Positions 1 through 8,632 of a DNA stretch of 64,000 bases are shown here, piece after piece (the stretch's first letter is position 1; the number at the start of each line of letters is the position of its first letter). A program made the translations under genes and the position numbers. The DNA is from a virus: the IMG/VR virus record IMGVR_UViG_3300028800_000059, positions 96,001 through 160,000 of that record; one strand, 5' to 3'. The notes below the pieces were generated by a model. That model did not search any database, had not been told where the DNA came from, and was given only the letters and a program-made list of their open reading frames with translations.

Positions 1-32
1 TAAAAGATTTAATCCACTCAACAAATCCTTCT

Positions 33-1004
33 TCACGCAGAGGCATTTTGACCCTCCCGATATTTTTTCATAATTACATCCTTCCAAGCTGGAACACGAT
101 CATATTGATGGACCAAACAGAAGGGCTCCTTGGCTTGTTCTAAAACAGTATCTCCCTTTTCATCATCATATTGCAGCATTGGATAAATCAATTCATCTGG
201 CCACAACACAGGTTCAGAATTGAATTCCAAAAGATTTGGAGCAAAGCCTCCAATCTTAGAAGGATCGGCTACCGTGCCTGCCTGACAACACCAGCCATCA
301 TCATGATTATTTACTAACGTGATATCACTCCATGGCGCCATGGATAGCAAAACATTCAAGGCTGCCTGGTCTGGATTATGAATTTCATTATTTACAGAAA
401 GAAGCCAAATATTATGAAACAGGTCTCGCATATATTCGGCATGACCAGCAATCGTACCAGCATTAACGATTGGCTTATCTTTCATTGCCTGTTGAACAAC
501 AGGCCCAAAAGATTGCAACATATTGTTATAACCCCAAGGCTCGTCCTTATATTTCAGGCCTTCAGACCCAACATTGATTTTTGCTGGACCGTCTTCACCA
601 AGATTTTCTTCCAACCATTTGGAAGGATTTGTTTGAAACACCACATCTTTAACATCTGTCGCAATGATATATCTCAGAGTATCAAATTGATCCTTAGGAA
701 TCTGATTTAAGAAATACCACATATGCAAGAAACGATATGTAACAATAGAGAAAGGAGGTGTATGAACAAACCTCCTATTGGCATCATCCTTCTCAAACGT
801 AAAAAGAGTGAAATTTCGTTTCAGAAGTTCATCGGCAGTGTCGAAGTCCATATTATAAACAACGGCAGCCTTGAGACCTGTGAAACCAGAACGATCAATA
901 GATACGGCCCATGGTTCAATTTGATCCCATGTGTAATTTGTAATAGAGCCAAAAATTAGGTCTTGTTTCATCCTGTTATTTCCTTTTCTTTTTTCTTTCG
1001 CCAA
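33..1004 (-). CDS. Putative GT-A fold glycosyltransferase / nucleotide-diphospho-sugar transferase
   Basis: 323-aa ORF with a DxD-like motif (IIATDVKDVVFQ), NAGT, DQAALN and a C-terminal HQYDR motif typical of GT-A enzymes. Confidence 0.65.
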   Translation of the reverse strand: MAKEKRKGNNRMKQDLIFGSITNYTWDQIEPWAVSIDRSGFTGLKAAVVYNMDFDTADELLKRNFTLFTFEKDDANRRFVHTPPFSIVTYRFLHMWYFLNQIPKDQFDTLRYIIATDVKDVVFQTNPSKWLEENLGEDGPAKINVGSEGLKYKDEPWGYNNMLQSFGPVVQQAMKDKPIVNAGTIAGHAEYMRDLFHNIWLLSVNNEIHNPDQAALNVLLSMAPWSDITLVNNHDDGWCCQAGTVADPSKIGGFAPNLLEFNSEPVLWPDELIYPMLQYDDEKGDTVLEQAKEPFCLVHQYDRVPAWKDVIMKKYREGQNASA

Positions 1005-1153
1005 TCTCGATATCGTAACCAGTCTCCCTCATGTACCCAAATCCAAACACAATCTCCGCGATGATACATTGGAGTTTTGCGAATTTCATCCGCTGATTTT
1101 CCGGTGTCGTCATATTCAAAAAGAGGAGAATCGTCGCTCATATTTGATGCCAT
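968..1153 (-). CDS. Hypothetical protein
   Basis: 61-aa ORF that overlaps both neighbours and fills the gap in a tightly packed operon. Confidence 0.5.
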   Translation of the reverse strand: MASNMSDDSPLFEYDDTGKSADEIRKTPMYHRGDCVWIWVHEGDWLRYRDWRKKKEKEITG

Positions 1154-1908
1154 GGCAGGTCGTGATTGATAGAAGCATAATATTCTTTATATTTTTGATT
1201 TCCTTGTTCAAAAAATTCCTTAGTAACAGAATTTGGATTGCCATCAAGTCTATAATTAAGAGTGTGCAATCCACTGGTGCCCCATGTTTCTGGTTTAGTT
1301 TGTGAGGCAACAATCTGTAAGAACCTACGGTCGGCGCCCCAACCCCAATGCCAATGATGGCCATATTCTTTCAAAAAGGATGTTTTAAAACAGAATGAAG
1401 AAGTGTCCACAAGAAAATTTGGATCATTGGCGAGAGAACACCAAACAGGCCAACGCCCGAGACTTTCGCAATTGTCAGCAAGAAGATAATTGCCTTTTAC
1501 ATCTACAATTTTGCGAAGTGAATATGCCCAATCCCACTTGTTGATTTCGATTGCTTCGATTAAAGATTCAACATGGGTTGGTTCATAGAAATTATCTTCG
1601 TCCAGAAACAACACATAATCATCATCGACCAAATGCGAAAACGCTGCATAGACGCGATGGCCATAGAACCCATGGCCACCTACGTTATTAGCTAAAAGGG
1701 AAACCTCAATTTTTTTGGATGGATTAAGATATTTTTCTTCTTTTGATCCTGACATTACATTTGGAAAACTTGATAAACCATCACACACCAAAAGATGCCG
1801 AAGATTGTCATAAGTTTGAGATTGAACAGAATCGATAGCATCAGCAAGCGTTTCTTTGCCTATAGTTGGTGTAATGACAACAGCCGATTTCAAAATTTTC
1901 AAATCCAT
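1138..1908 (-). CDS. Glycosyltransferase family 2
   Basis: VVITPTIG...SVQSQTY N-terminus, LVCDG, and a DxD motif (LFLDEDN). Confidence 0.85.
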   Translation of the reverse strand: MDLKILKSAVVITPTIGKETLADAIDSVQSQTYDNLRHLLVCDGLSSFPNVMSGSKEEKYLNPSKKIEVSLLANNVGGHGFYGHRVYAAFSHLVDDDYVLFLDEDNFYEPTHVESLIEAIEINKWDWAYSLRKIVDVKGNYLLADNCESLGRWPVWCSLANDPNFLVDTSSFCFKTSFLKEYGHHWHWGWGADRRFLQIVASQTKPETWGTSGLHTLNYRLDGNPNSVTKEFFEQGNQKYKEYYASINHDLPWHQI

Positions 1909-1910
1909 TT

Positions 1911-2105
1911 TTATTCCTGTAGAAGGATTTTGTTTTCATTAGAATCTAAATTTTCAAAATGTAATCCTTCTCCCATTTTTTCTTTTAATTCTTCGAAGGA
2001 ATTACATACCAAAACAATTTTACTGGTGACGCTAGTGTGTCTTGTGCAAGACCACTTATCTGTTGCCTTATTATAACTAATGGCAAATTCTACTACTTCT
2101 TCCAT
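1911..2105 (-). CDS. Hypothetical protein
   Basis: 64-aa ORF abutting both neighbours. Confidence 0.5.
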   Translation of the reverse strand: MEEVVEFAISYNKATDKWSCTRHTSVTSKIVLVCNSFEELKEKMGEGLHFENLDSNENKILLQE

Positions 2106-2417
2106 TTATTCGCCTTCCTTTGCCACAATATCAGAAGGCATCTTGGCGTCCTTCGTGTTTCTATCGTGATTTGGCCATTTGCTTCGACTCCAATGTGCGG
2201 AGACATGCCCTTCCGCCAAGGACTGATTTGCTTCCATGCCTTTTGGTGTGTAACCTTTTTGCCAGGCAGCAAGTTTCGCCATTGTCCTGTCCAATACACT
2301 TCGTTCCCGGCGCATCAACTTACAGATATAAGGATTGACGTTAGGTCGTTCGCCCTTCGAAATATATTTGCCCTTGGAATTTCCAGAGATAACAGTTTTT
2401 TCAACAGTTGCTTTCAT
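2106..2417 (-). CDS. Hypothetical basic protein (T4-like phage type, SKGER...AWxKG)
   Basis: 103-aa ORF contiguous with its neighbours. Confidence 0.55.
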   Translation of the reverse strand: MKATVEKTVISGNSKGKYISKGERPNVNPYICKLMRRERSVLDRTMAKLAAWQKGYTPKGMEANQSLAEGHVSAHWSRSKWPNHDRNTKDAKMPSDIVAKEGE

Positions 2418-2420
2418 ATT

Positions 2421-2654
2421 TTACCATCCATAATGTTGTCTGTGCCAGCCATAATATCCATAACGATAACTATAATCGTGTAGTGGATATGGATAATAAT
2501 ATTGAGGAATTGGCGCCACATACACTTGAGGAACTTGATAATAATAAGTTCCGTATGACCCGTCTTGATAATAGACGGGCGCACAGGCTCCGATACACAG
2601 AGCCATGGCAATATATGCCAACCAATTGATAAATTTTCGCATTCCCATAATCAT
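2421..2654 (-). CDS. Small Tyr-rich putative lipoprotein
   Basis: Basic N-terminus, hydrophobic stretch, lipobox-like IGAC and a Tyr/Pro/Gly-rich mature part. Confidence 0.55.
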   Translation of the reverse strand: MIMGMRKFINWLAYIAMALCIGACAPVYYQDGSYGTYYYQVPQVYVAPIPQYYYPYPLHDYSYRYGYYGWHRQHYGW

Positions 2655-2674
2655 ACACTAATTCCTTGGTAATA

Positions 2675-3589
2675 TCAAACAGGAAATTTATTGAGACCTA
2701 GGTATTTTTTAAGTTGTTCAGGATCAAGAGGATTTTTTCCATCGCCAGTAGAACCAAATCCACCAGTTCGACTTGTGGTTCTTTGAGGTTTCATTCCTAC
2801 TTCTAAAATACTATGTGGAGGCACAATCTGTTTCAACATACCCTGACAAACTCGGGTGTTGTTTTTGATGTTTACGGCTTGATCCGTCGTCAACAAGACA
2901 TGGACCTCTTCTTTGAAGTCAGCATCAATAATACCAACACCATTTACAAGATGAAGTCCTTCCTTTAAGGAAATACCAGATCGCGAAAATAATTCGACAT
3001 AATATCCTGGTTGTATATTGAATATTATGTTTGTCGGTACCATCACTCGTTCGCTAGGATATATCGTGAGACTTCCATCGATAGGATCAAAGTTTCGAGT
3101 ATAGGACTTAGGTTCATCTGCCCGCCAAACCTTACATTCCTGTTTTCCATCCGAAGAAAAAACCATATCAAAACAGGCTGAATCTTCGGTGGCGAAAACA
3201 GGAAGAGGAACATTGGGATGACAACGATAGGTTTGTAATCCAATGGCTCCATGATTCCATGGAAGGACCTGCATATAATTTGCTTGTTCTAACTTACCAG
3301 GAAGCAAATCTGATTTTTTAGAGGGAACAAGGAATCCTGGATCGGGATCATCATGAAATAATTGTGGAGCCCTCATGATATATCCATCTGGTCCAATCCA
3401 ACAATGATTGATAGGGTCCCAGGTTATCTTAACAGTGCTACTAACCAAGGATTCCCCGGAGTTGTTCGCCACTATCGTCGGAGACATGCTCGCTGGAGTT
3501 CCACAGAATGGTGTTAGACAAGGGCTGGTGTTGGCGTCCACTAATACCTTCTCGCCGTTCAACCACCGATCCATCTTCGTATCGTTCAT
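2675..3589 (-). CDS. dut: Trimeric dUTPase with ~110-aa N-terminal extension
   Basis: Motifs SACFD, FSRSG, GVGIIDADF, RVCQG and RTGGFGSTG; AGGAG Shine-Dalgarno upstream of the ATG at 3589. Confidence 0.9.
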   Translation of the reverse strand: MNDTKMDRWLNGEKVLVDANTSPCLTPFCGTPASMSPTIVANNSGESLVSSTVKITWDPINHCWIGPDGYIMRAPQLFHDDPDPGFLVPSKKSDLLPGKLEQANYMQVLPWNHGAIGLQTYRCHPNVPLPVFATEDSACFDMVFSSDGKQECKVWRADEPKSYTRNFDPIDGSLTIYPSERVMVPTNIIFNIQPGYYVELFSRSGISLKEGLHLVNGVGIIDADFKEEVHVLLTTDQAVNIKNNTRVCQGMLKQIVPPHSILEVGMKPQRTTSRTGGFGSTGDGKNPLDPEQLKKYLGLNKFPV

Positions 3590-4001
3590 CTTTTTTCACT
3601 CCTATCTTTTTTCCAATACTATATTTTGCCTGTAGATTCCATTCGCTCTTTTCGCGAAACGGAAGAATTTTTAACTGTGCAATAGGTATAACTGGTTCTT
3701 TTGATTTGTTGCCATCAACCAATTTCAATAGATTCCACTCTGCCAAGAGATTGGCAATAGTGTTTCGTCGTGCCACATCATTTTCGGATATGTTTGTTGG
3801 TTTGCCATCCAACGCAAAAAGTTCCTTAAAATGTAGAAGCCAATAACGATCCTTCTTATGAAGGATGTGAACTGATTGATAAAGGGTTTTGTCTTTCTTG
3901 GAAGCCACGCCGATCCGGGTAAGAGTTTCTTTTACCTTTAAAAAATCATCGGGTTTGACCAATAGAATTTCAATTCCGTCGTCAAGAATATTACTAAACA
4001 T
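3441..4001 (-). CDS. regA: RegA translational repressor (zero frame runs ~50 aa past the usual C-terminus)
   Basis: PDDFLKVKETLTRIGVAS...LYQSVHILHK...HFKELFALDG...RRNTIANLL is the T4 RegA signature; canonical position after gp62. Confidence 0.93.
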   Translation of the reverse strand: MFSNILDDGIEILLVKPDDFLKVKETLTRIGVASKKDKTLYQSVHILHKKDRYWLLHFKELFALDGKPTNISENDVARRNTIANLLAEWNLLKLVDGNKSKEPVIPIAQLKILPFREKSEWNLQAKYSIGKKIGVKKDERYEDGSVVERREGISGRQHQPLSNTILWNSSEHVSDDSGEQLRGILG

Positions 4002-4043
4002 AAGCTTCGCTCCATATTCATATTTTTATTGTTGTTTCAATAT

Positions 4044-4436
4044 TTAGCGGTTCCCGACTCCACCCTTGTCCATCCTTTTCCGTATTGTTTCCAAATCTTC
4101 TGGGCGCAGAATTTTCAAGGCTTCGCGGCCTTTTCTTTCTGAAAATCCATAGTATTCACATACCAAATCCAAGTCTTCCGATTTTTCAGGCTTCCACCAT
4201 TTCCTATATCCACGATCTTTCGGTAGAATTACTCCTAGGTGATAATCAAACTGCATCTGTTTATCTAAAGGCCAGCGTTTGTTCATTTCATTGGCATAAA
4301 GAACACTGTCGCGATGATAAGACAGAGCCCGATTAACTACCCAAGGCACATAATCCTTTTCTTTTTTTAATGCCTCTCGATTTTTCGACTTACAAATTGC
4401 AGGCAGAATATCATCGAAAATTGGATTGCCAGCCAT
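4044..4436 (-). CDS. gp62: Clamp loader small subunit
   Basis: YVPWVVNRALS...ANEMN...QFDY...EYYGFSERKGREAL; start placed at the TAATG overlap at 4436. Confidence 0.88.
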   Translation of the reverse strand: MAGNPIFDDILPAICKSKNREALKKEKDYVPWVVNRALSYHRDSVLYANEMNKRWPLDKQMQFDYHLGVILPKDRGYRKWWKPEKSEDLDLVCEYYGFSERKGREALKILRPEDLETIRKRMDKGGVGNR

Positions 4437-4888
4437 TAATTCCAACCACTGGAGGATGCCGCCATCAATTGATCCAATATATCCTGATCGTCAATTTTAT
4501 AAATCATTTCCATTGCGTCCTGTTCGATTGGAACACACTTCATTACACGTCCATCTGATGTTTCTTTATTATAATATCTGAATTTCTTGGACGTGTCCAG
4601 TTTATAGACACAACCATCAAACTTAGATGGGTATTTCTTATTAGGAACAGCAACGAAATAAACTTCATCGGCCTTCATAACTTTCCAAGATTGATCGTCC
4701 TTAAACGTAAAGGCACCCTCTTTGACCCAAGGAACCTGAGTTTTCACTTCGACTCTTTTACCATCGATCAAAAAATCTTTTTCAAGGTCCCACCAATCTC
4801 CAATCACGACAAGTCGGCCAACGGACTCCAATAGAGTTCGTATAATAATTTCACCAATTTGTCCCATAGTTTGTTTTTTGTCGGTCAT
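4436..4888 (-). CDS. Putative PD-(D/E)xK nuclease-like protein inserted between gp44 and gp62
   Basis: GE...KDFLIDGKRVEVKTQ resembles a D...E-x-K catalytic motif; TAATG overlaps on both sides. Confidence 0.5.
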   Translation of the reverse strand: MTDKKQTMGQIGEIIIRTLLESVGRLVVIGDWWDLEKDFLIDGKRVEVKTQVPWVKEGAFTFKDDQSWKVMKADEVYFVAVPNKKYPSKFDGCVYKLDTSKKFRYYNKETSDGRVMKCVPIEQDAMEMIYKIDDQDILDQLMAASSSGWN

Positions 4889-5841
4889 TATATCCACTCC
4901 ACACCAATCATAAGTTCGGTCAGACAAGCCACCGCGTTCAATTCTAAATCAGCCACAAATGCCGCCTTATACATATAATCAGCCAACGTCACAACCAATT
5001 GCGGAACGCTTCCTGGCTTCACCATGTCATAAGCCTTATCGTAAATCTGCCGAAACAGTTTCGTCCAGTCGGCGTCATTGTTTTGCCCGGCCCATTTTCT
5101 CATGCCAATAAAATCTTTGGCCTTCAAAAATTTGACCAATTCTCCGAGATTGATTTCTTGAACCTGAGCCAGAATACCAACATCGATATTTCCATTACCT
5201 TGTTTGGAATATCGTTGAAGTTCGCCAATGATCCGACGATAATCTGGAAAATGTTTCTTGATTAACTCGACAACAACTGACTTATCAAACGTCACATTTT
5301 CGGCCTTTAGAATTTCCGAGATACGAGCGAAAAATTGTTTGGCCATTTCTGGCTTTTCAGAATTTTTCAAATGAAAATCAACAATCGCCATTCTTGAATG
5401 AAGGGCTGGAATGATTCGATCTTTATAATTTGCCGTAAAGACGAAAGAACAATTCTGAGAAAATTCTTCGATGGCGCCACGTAGCGCGGGTTGAGTTGAT
5501 TGAGCATTAAGATAATCAGCTTCATCCAAAATAATAACTTTACGCCCACCAGTCAGAGACATGGCCGAGGCATATTGCACAATATTAGTCCGAAGTGTTT
5601 CGATGTTGCCATTCATCGAAGCATTGATTAGATAGTGATCTAGACCAATTTCTTCACAAATAGCCCGGGCAGCCGTAGTTTTCCCCATCCCAGGTCCACC
5701 AGTGAACATGAGATTAGGAACTTCTCGGTCGTCAACAATTTTTTGAAGTGTGTTTTTTAAATGTGCCGGGAGAATACAATCAGCTATCTTGTGGGGCCGA
5801 TATTTTTCCACCCACAAAAATTCATTCTCATTGATATCCAT
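4888..5841 (-). CDS. gp44: Clamp loader large subunit (RFC-like AAA+)
   Basis: LWVEKYRP, Walker A GGPGMGKT, IILDEAD and SRC-like HSRM. Confidence 0.96.
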   Translation of the reverse strand: MDINENEFLWVEKYRPHKIADCILPAHLKNTLQKIVDDREVPNLMFTGGPGMGKTTAARAICEEIGLDHYLINASMNGNIETLRTNIVQYASAMSLTGGRKVIILDEADYLNAQSTQPALRGAIEEFSQNCSFVFTANYKDRIIPALHSRMAIVDFHLKNSEKPEMAKQFFARISEILKAENVTFDKSVVVELIKKHFPDYRRIIGELQRYSKQGNGNIDVGILAQVQEINLGELVKFLKAKDFIGMRKWAGQNNDADWTKLFRQIYDKAYDMVKPGSVPQLVVTLADYMYKAAFVADLELNAVACLTELMIGVEWI

Positions 5842-5844
5842 AAT

Positions 5845-6051
5845 CTACCTTCCATAATTTATTTTTATTAGGCCTAAAATTTCTGCGCTATGTCCTGACG
5901 GAATACCAGCACAATCTCTCAAGTTTTCCCATAATTGAGTTCCATTAAGAACTGGTCTATCGGCTGTCCAATGGGCAGCAAAATAAAGTTGTCTCACTGC
6001 CGAACAAAGAAGATCATATTTTTTCTCATAATTAATTTCTTCGTCTGTCAT
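5845..6051 (-). CDS. Hypothetical protein
   Basis: ORF 5845..6102; the probable start MTDEE at 6051 abuts the mazG stop. Confidence 0.5.
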   Translation of the reverse strand: MTDEEINYEKKYDLLCSAVRQLYFAAHWTADRPVLNGTQLWENLRDCAGIPSGHSAEILGLIKINYGR

Positions 6052-6052
6052 T

Positions 6053-6469
6053 TTAATCCTCACGAACTCGCTGTGGAAAATTCTCGCGTTCCGAAACCTC
6101 ATTGAATTTATGTCTAACGCAATCAGCCATTCGCAAGCCTAAATGTTCCGCGAGCAAATCAAGATAGGCATACACATCACCAATTTCATCGGCAATGTCT
6201 TGAACGGCCTGTTCGCGAGTCTTTGGTCCTTTTGATTGGACCATACCATCTTCAAGGCGTCTTAGTTTCTTGACGGCATTGCAGACTTCTCCTGCCTCGC
6301 CAGCAAGAGCATTAGACCAATCGACAACACTCCAATGAGTTCCTTTGTGCCAAACCTTGGATCGTTCTCGGCTTACTGCCGAAAATTCATCAAAGGTTAG
6401 AGGAGATTTAAATCTCATTCCTGGCCGAGCAATTGAATCCTTTTCAGGCTCCTGGCGTTGCTGGTTCAC
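6053..6469 (-). CDS. mazG: MazG-like nucleotide pyrophosphohydrolase
   Basis: ALAGEAGEVCNAVKK and DEIGDVYAYL acidic helices of the all-alpha NTP-PPase fold. Confidence 0.85.
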   Translation of the reverse strand: MNQQRQEPEKDSIARPGMRFKSPLTFDEFSAVSRERSKVWHKGTHWSVVDWSNALAGEAGEVCNAVKKLRRLEDGMVQSKGPKTREQAVQDIADEIGDVYAYLDLLAEHLGLRMADCVRHKFNEVSERENFPQRVRED

Positions 6470-6647
6470 CTGGCTGTCCTTTCCCTTTTTCTTTTTGAAC
6501 TTGATCCCAAAAACTATTTTGCATTGCCTGATGAATTGAATTCACAACATCATCGAATTTCCCTTTGGCACTAAATCCACCGACATTACCAATATATAAA
6601 TCATCTGGTATTGTTGAATAAATCGTTGCTGTAACATGAATTGTCAT
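6444..6647 (-). CDS. Hypothetical protein
   Basis: 67-aa ORF in the operon. Confidence 0.5.
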   Translation of the reverse strand: MTIHVTATIYSTIPDDLYIGNVGGFSAKGKFDDVVNSIHQAMQNSFWDQVQKEKGKGQPGEPATPGA

Positions 6648-6651
6648 AAAA

Positions 6652-7011
6652 TTATTCTCCTTTTGTTTCTTGTTCTACTGCATCAGGAAAATTACCGTCT
6701 TGAAATGGATTTCCTTCTGCCCAAATATCATCCGTCAATTCACTTCCATCTAATAGTGGAAGAGTTTCTGGATCGTTTGTTTTCAATACATCTACTCCTA
6801 AATCACTTTCTAGATTGACTCCTAAACTTTCATAAGTCTTAGATCGTAATTCGTGAAATTGTTGTAACCATGCCGTTTCAACAGCATCAACAACATCATT
6901 AAAATTAGAACTTGCAACAGCAAATCTTCCCACTTTACCGGCAAATACTCTATCAAAAGGAATTGATTCGTTTTGAATTTTTTCAATCACAGCATTTAAT
7001 TCAAACAACAT
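6652..7011 (-). CDS. Hypothetical protein
   Basis: 119-aa ORF coupled to gp45 by a TAATG overlap. Confidence 0.6.
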   Translation of the reverse strand: MLFELNAVIEKIQNESIPFDRVFAGKVGRFAVASSNFNDVVDAVETAWLQQFHELRSKTYESLGVNLESDLGVDVLKTNDPETLPLLDGSELTDDIWAEGNPFQDGNFPDAVEQETKGE

Positions 7012-7718
7012 TATTCTACCCCTTTGCCTTGTTTCTTTTCACCAAACCAAGTTTCTTTTTCAGTAGTGACCCAATATTGTAAATTATTGGCCTTAAAATG
7101 TGCCATACCTTTGGCAGTCACAGTTACATCATAGGTCTTTGGAAGCATTTTCCAATTTTCTCTCTTGAACACAAATTCGAATGGTGTTCCAGATGGCGCC
7201 TTTCCTAACTCTACTGTATCTTCATGTGCCGAATCATTCTTGATATCCATCGTTACTAACGATAACGTTTTTCCATCGCTGCGGAAAATGATGTTCGGAC
7301 TGTGAAGAATGTCTGCCATTCTAAGAACCCAATTCAAATCTTTTTCATCCAATTTGATTTCAAGGTCTTTGCTTGGAAGAACCAAGGCCTTCTTTGGCGG
7401 AGAGATAATTAGATTTGGTGCTGCCAGACGATATTTGACTTTTGATTTCCCAGAATGTCCTACAATCGTGATTTGATTTTGATCGTCTTTATCGAGGACA
7501 AGATCAACCAAATCTTCGTCTTCGGAAAGAATGCTTAGAAAATCACCTAATGCATAAATGCGAATTTGAAATGGAAAACTTTCTTTCACAACAGCCGATC
7601 CCATAATCACTTTGTTGGGATGGATTGTAGATAGAACGTTCCCTTCCTCGATTACAATTCCCGAATTGATTTCAGAAAAATTCTTGAGGATAACTAAAGT
7701 CTCGTCAGATAATTTCAT
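7011..7718 (-). CDS. gp45: DNA polymerase sliding clamp
   Basis: MKLSDETLVILKNFSEINSGI...FPFQIRIYALGDFL...YWVTTE; T4 gp45 family. Confidence 0.92.
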   Translation of the reverse strand: MKLSDETLVILKNFSEINSGIVIEEGNVLSTIHPNKVIMGSAVVKESFPFQIRIYALGDFLSILSEDEDLVDLVLDKDDQNQITIVGHSGKSKVKYRLAAPNLIISPPKKALVLPSKDLEIKLDEKDLNWVLRMADILHSPNIIFRSDGKTLSLVTMDIKNDSAHEDTVELGKAPSGTPFEFVFKRENWKMLPKTYDVTVTAKGMAHFKANNLQYWVTTEKETWFGEKKQGKGVE

Positions 7719-7726
7719 TATATCTC

Positions 7727-8440
7727 CTATTTTTCAGATGTATTAATAAGTTTATCAGAACCTCTTAATGCCGTCAATGCATATTTTACATTAACATGAA
7801 GTTCCTCTAGTGAATTAGTTTCTCGGTCGTTTTCGATTTCCCAATCAGGAGTGATTCCTACCCACGACCATTCGGAAGGATGAATGCCATAAAGTTCCTG
7901 AGGATTTTTTAATTTTATGTCCAACAAAGCTTTGGCTATGGTATATTCGTTCTGACGTACAGTTCCTGCCATCATACGATTATATTGATAGGCATAATCC
8001 CACCATTCTGGAAGTTCTTTCTTTCGAACATGAATGACGAAACCCTTATTACGTTTGATAACGTCAATTTCGTTTGGGAAACGACAGTCCGTAATTACAA
8101 CATCCCCGCTTTTTCCTAGAAGTCTTTTTTCCAGTGAAGCAATCCAAATATCTTTATGGAAATGATTTCGAAAAACTTCTGTTCCAAAATGTTGAAGCAC
8201 CCAACGCGGAGTCACTTCATGATCCAATCGAAGGGACCACCATTCGTCTCTGGCTTCACGAAATTCTCGACTTTCTTCGGTGATACCTTCTAGTAATTCT
8301 CGATTCCATCCAAACACCGCTGCCACTACATCTTTCAACGGAGAGGCAAAACTTTCTTTTTGGAAACCACAAGATTCAACAAGATAATCGCCAACGGCGT
8401 TCTTACCGCTACCGATAAGTCCTACTACACCAATGATCAT
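7727..8440 (-). CDS. Deoxynucleoside monophosphate kinase (T4 gp1-like)
   Basis: IIGVVGLIGSGK P-loop, SFASPLKD, TPRWVLQHFGTE and VITDCRFPNE. Confidence 0.9.
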   Translation of the reverse strand: MIIGVVGLIGSGKNAVGDYLVESCGFQKESFASPLKDVVAAVFGWNRELLEGITEESREFREARDEWWSLRLDHEVTPRWVLQHFGTEVFRNHFHKDIWIASLEKRLLGKSGDVVITDCRFPNEIDVIKRNKGFVIHVRKKELPEWWDYAYQYNRMMAGTVRQNEYTIAKALLDIKLKNPQELYGIHPSEWSWVGITPDWEIENDRETNSLEELHVNVKYALTALRGSDKLINTSEK

Positions 8441-8455
8441 AATTACTCCTAATTT

Positions 8456-8632
8456 TTAATTAGAGGAAGCGTGTTTTTTATCTTGGCGTTTACGCTTTTC
8501 TTCGTCCCATACTTTTATAATCAATTGAAATAATTCCTGAACATCATCAAAATTCTCGACCATGGCGTTAATTTTATATCCACTTGGAAGAATAGGGTCT
8601 CTAACTTCAATTTCCGTAGGGGACGTAAACAT
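8456..8632 (-). CDS. Hypothetical protein
   Basis: 58-aa ORF starting at a TAATG overlap at 8632. Confidence 0.5.
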   Translation of the reverse strand: MFTSPTEIEVRDPILPSGYKINAMVENFDDVQELFQLIIKVWDEEKRKRQDKKHASSN

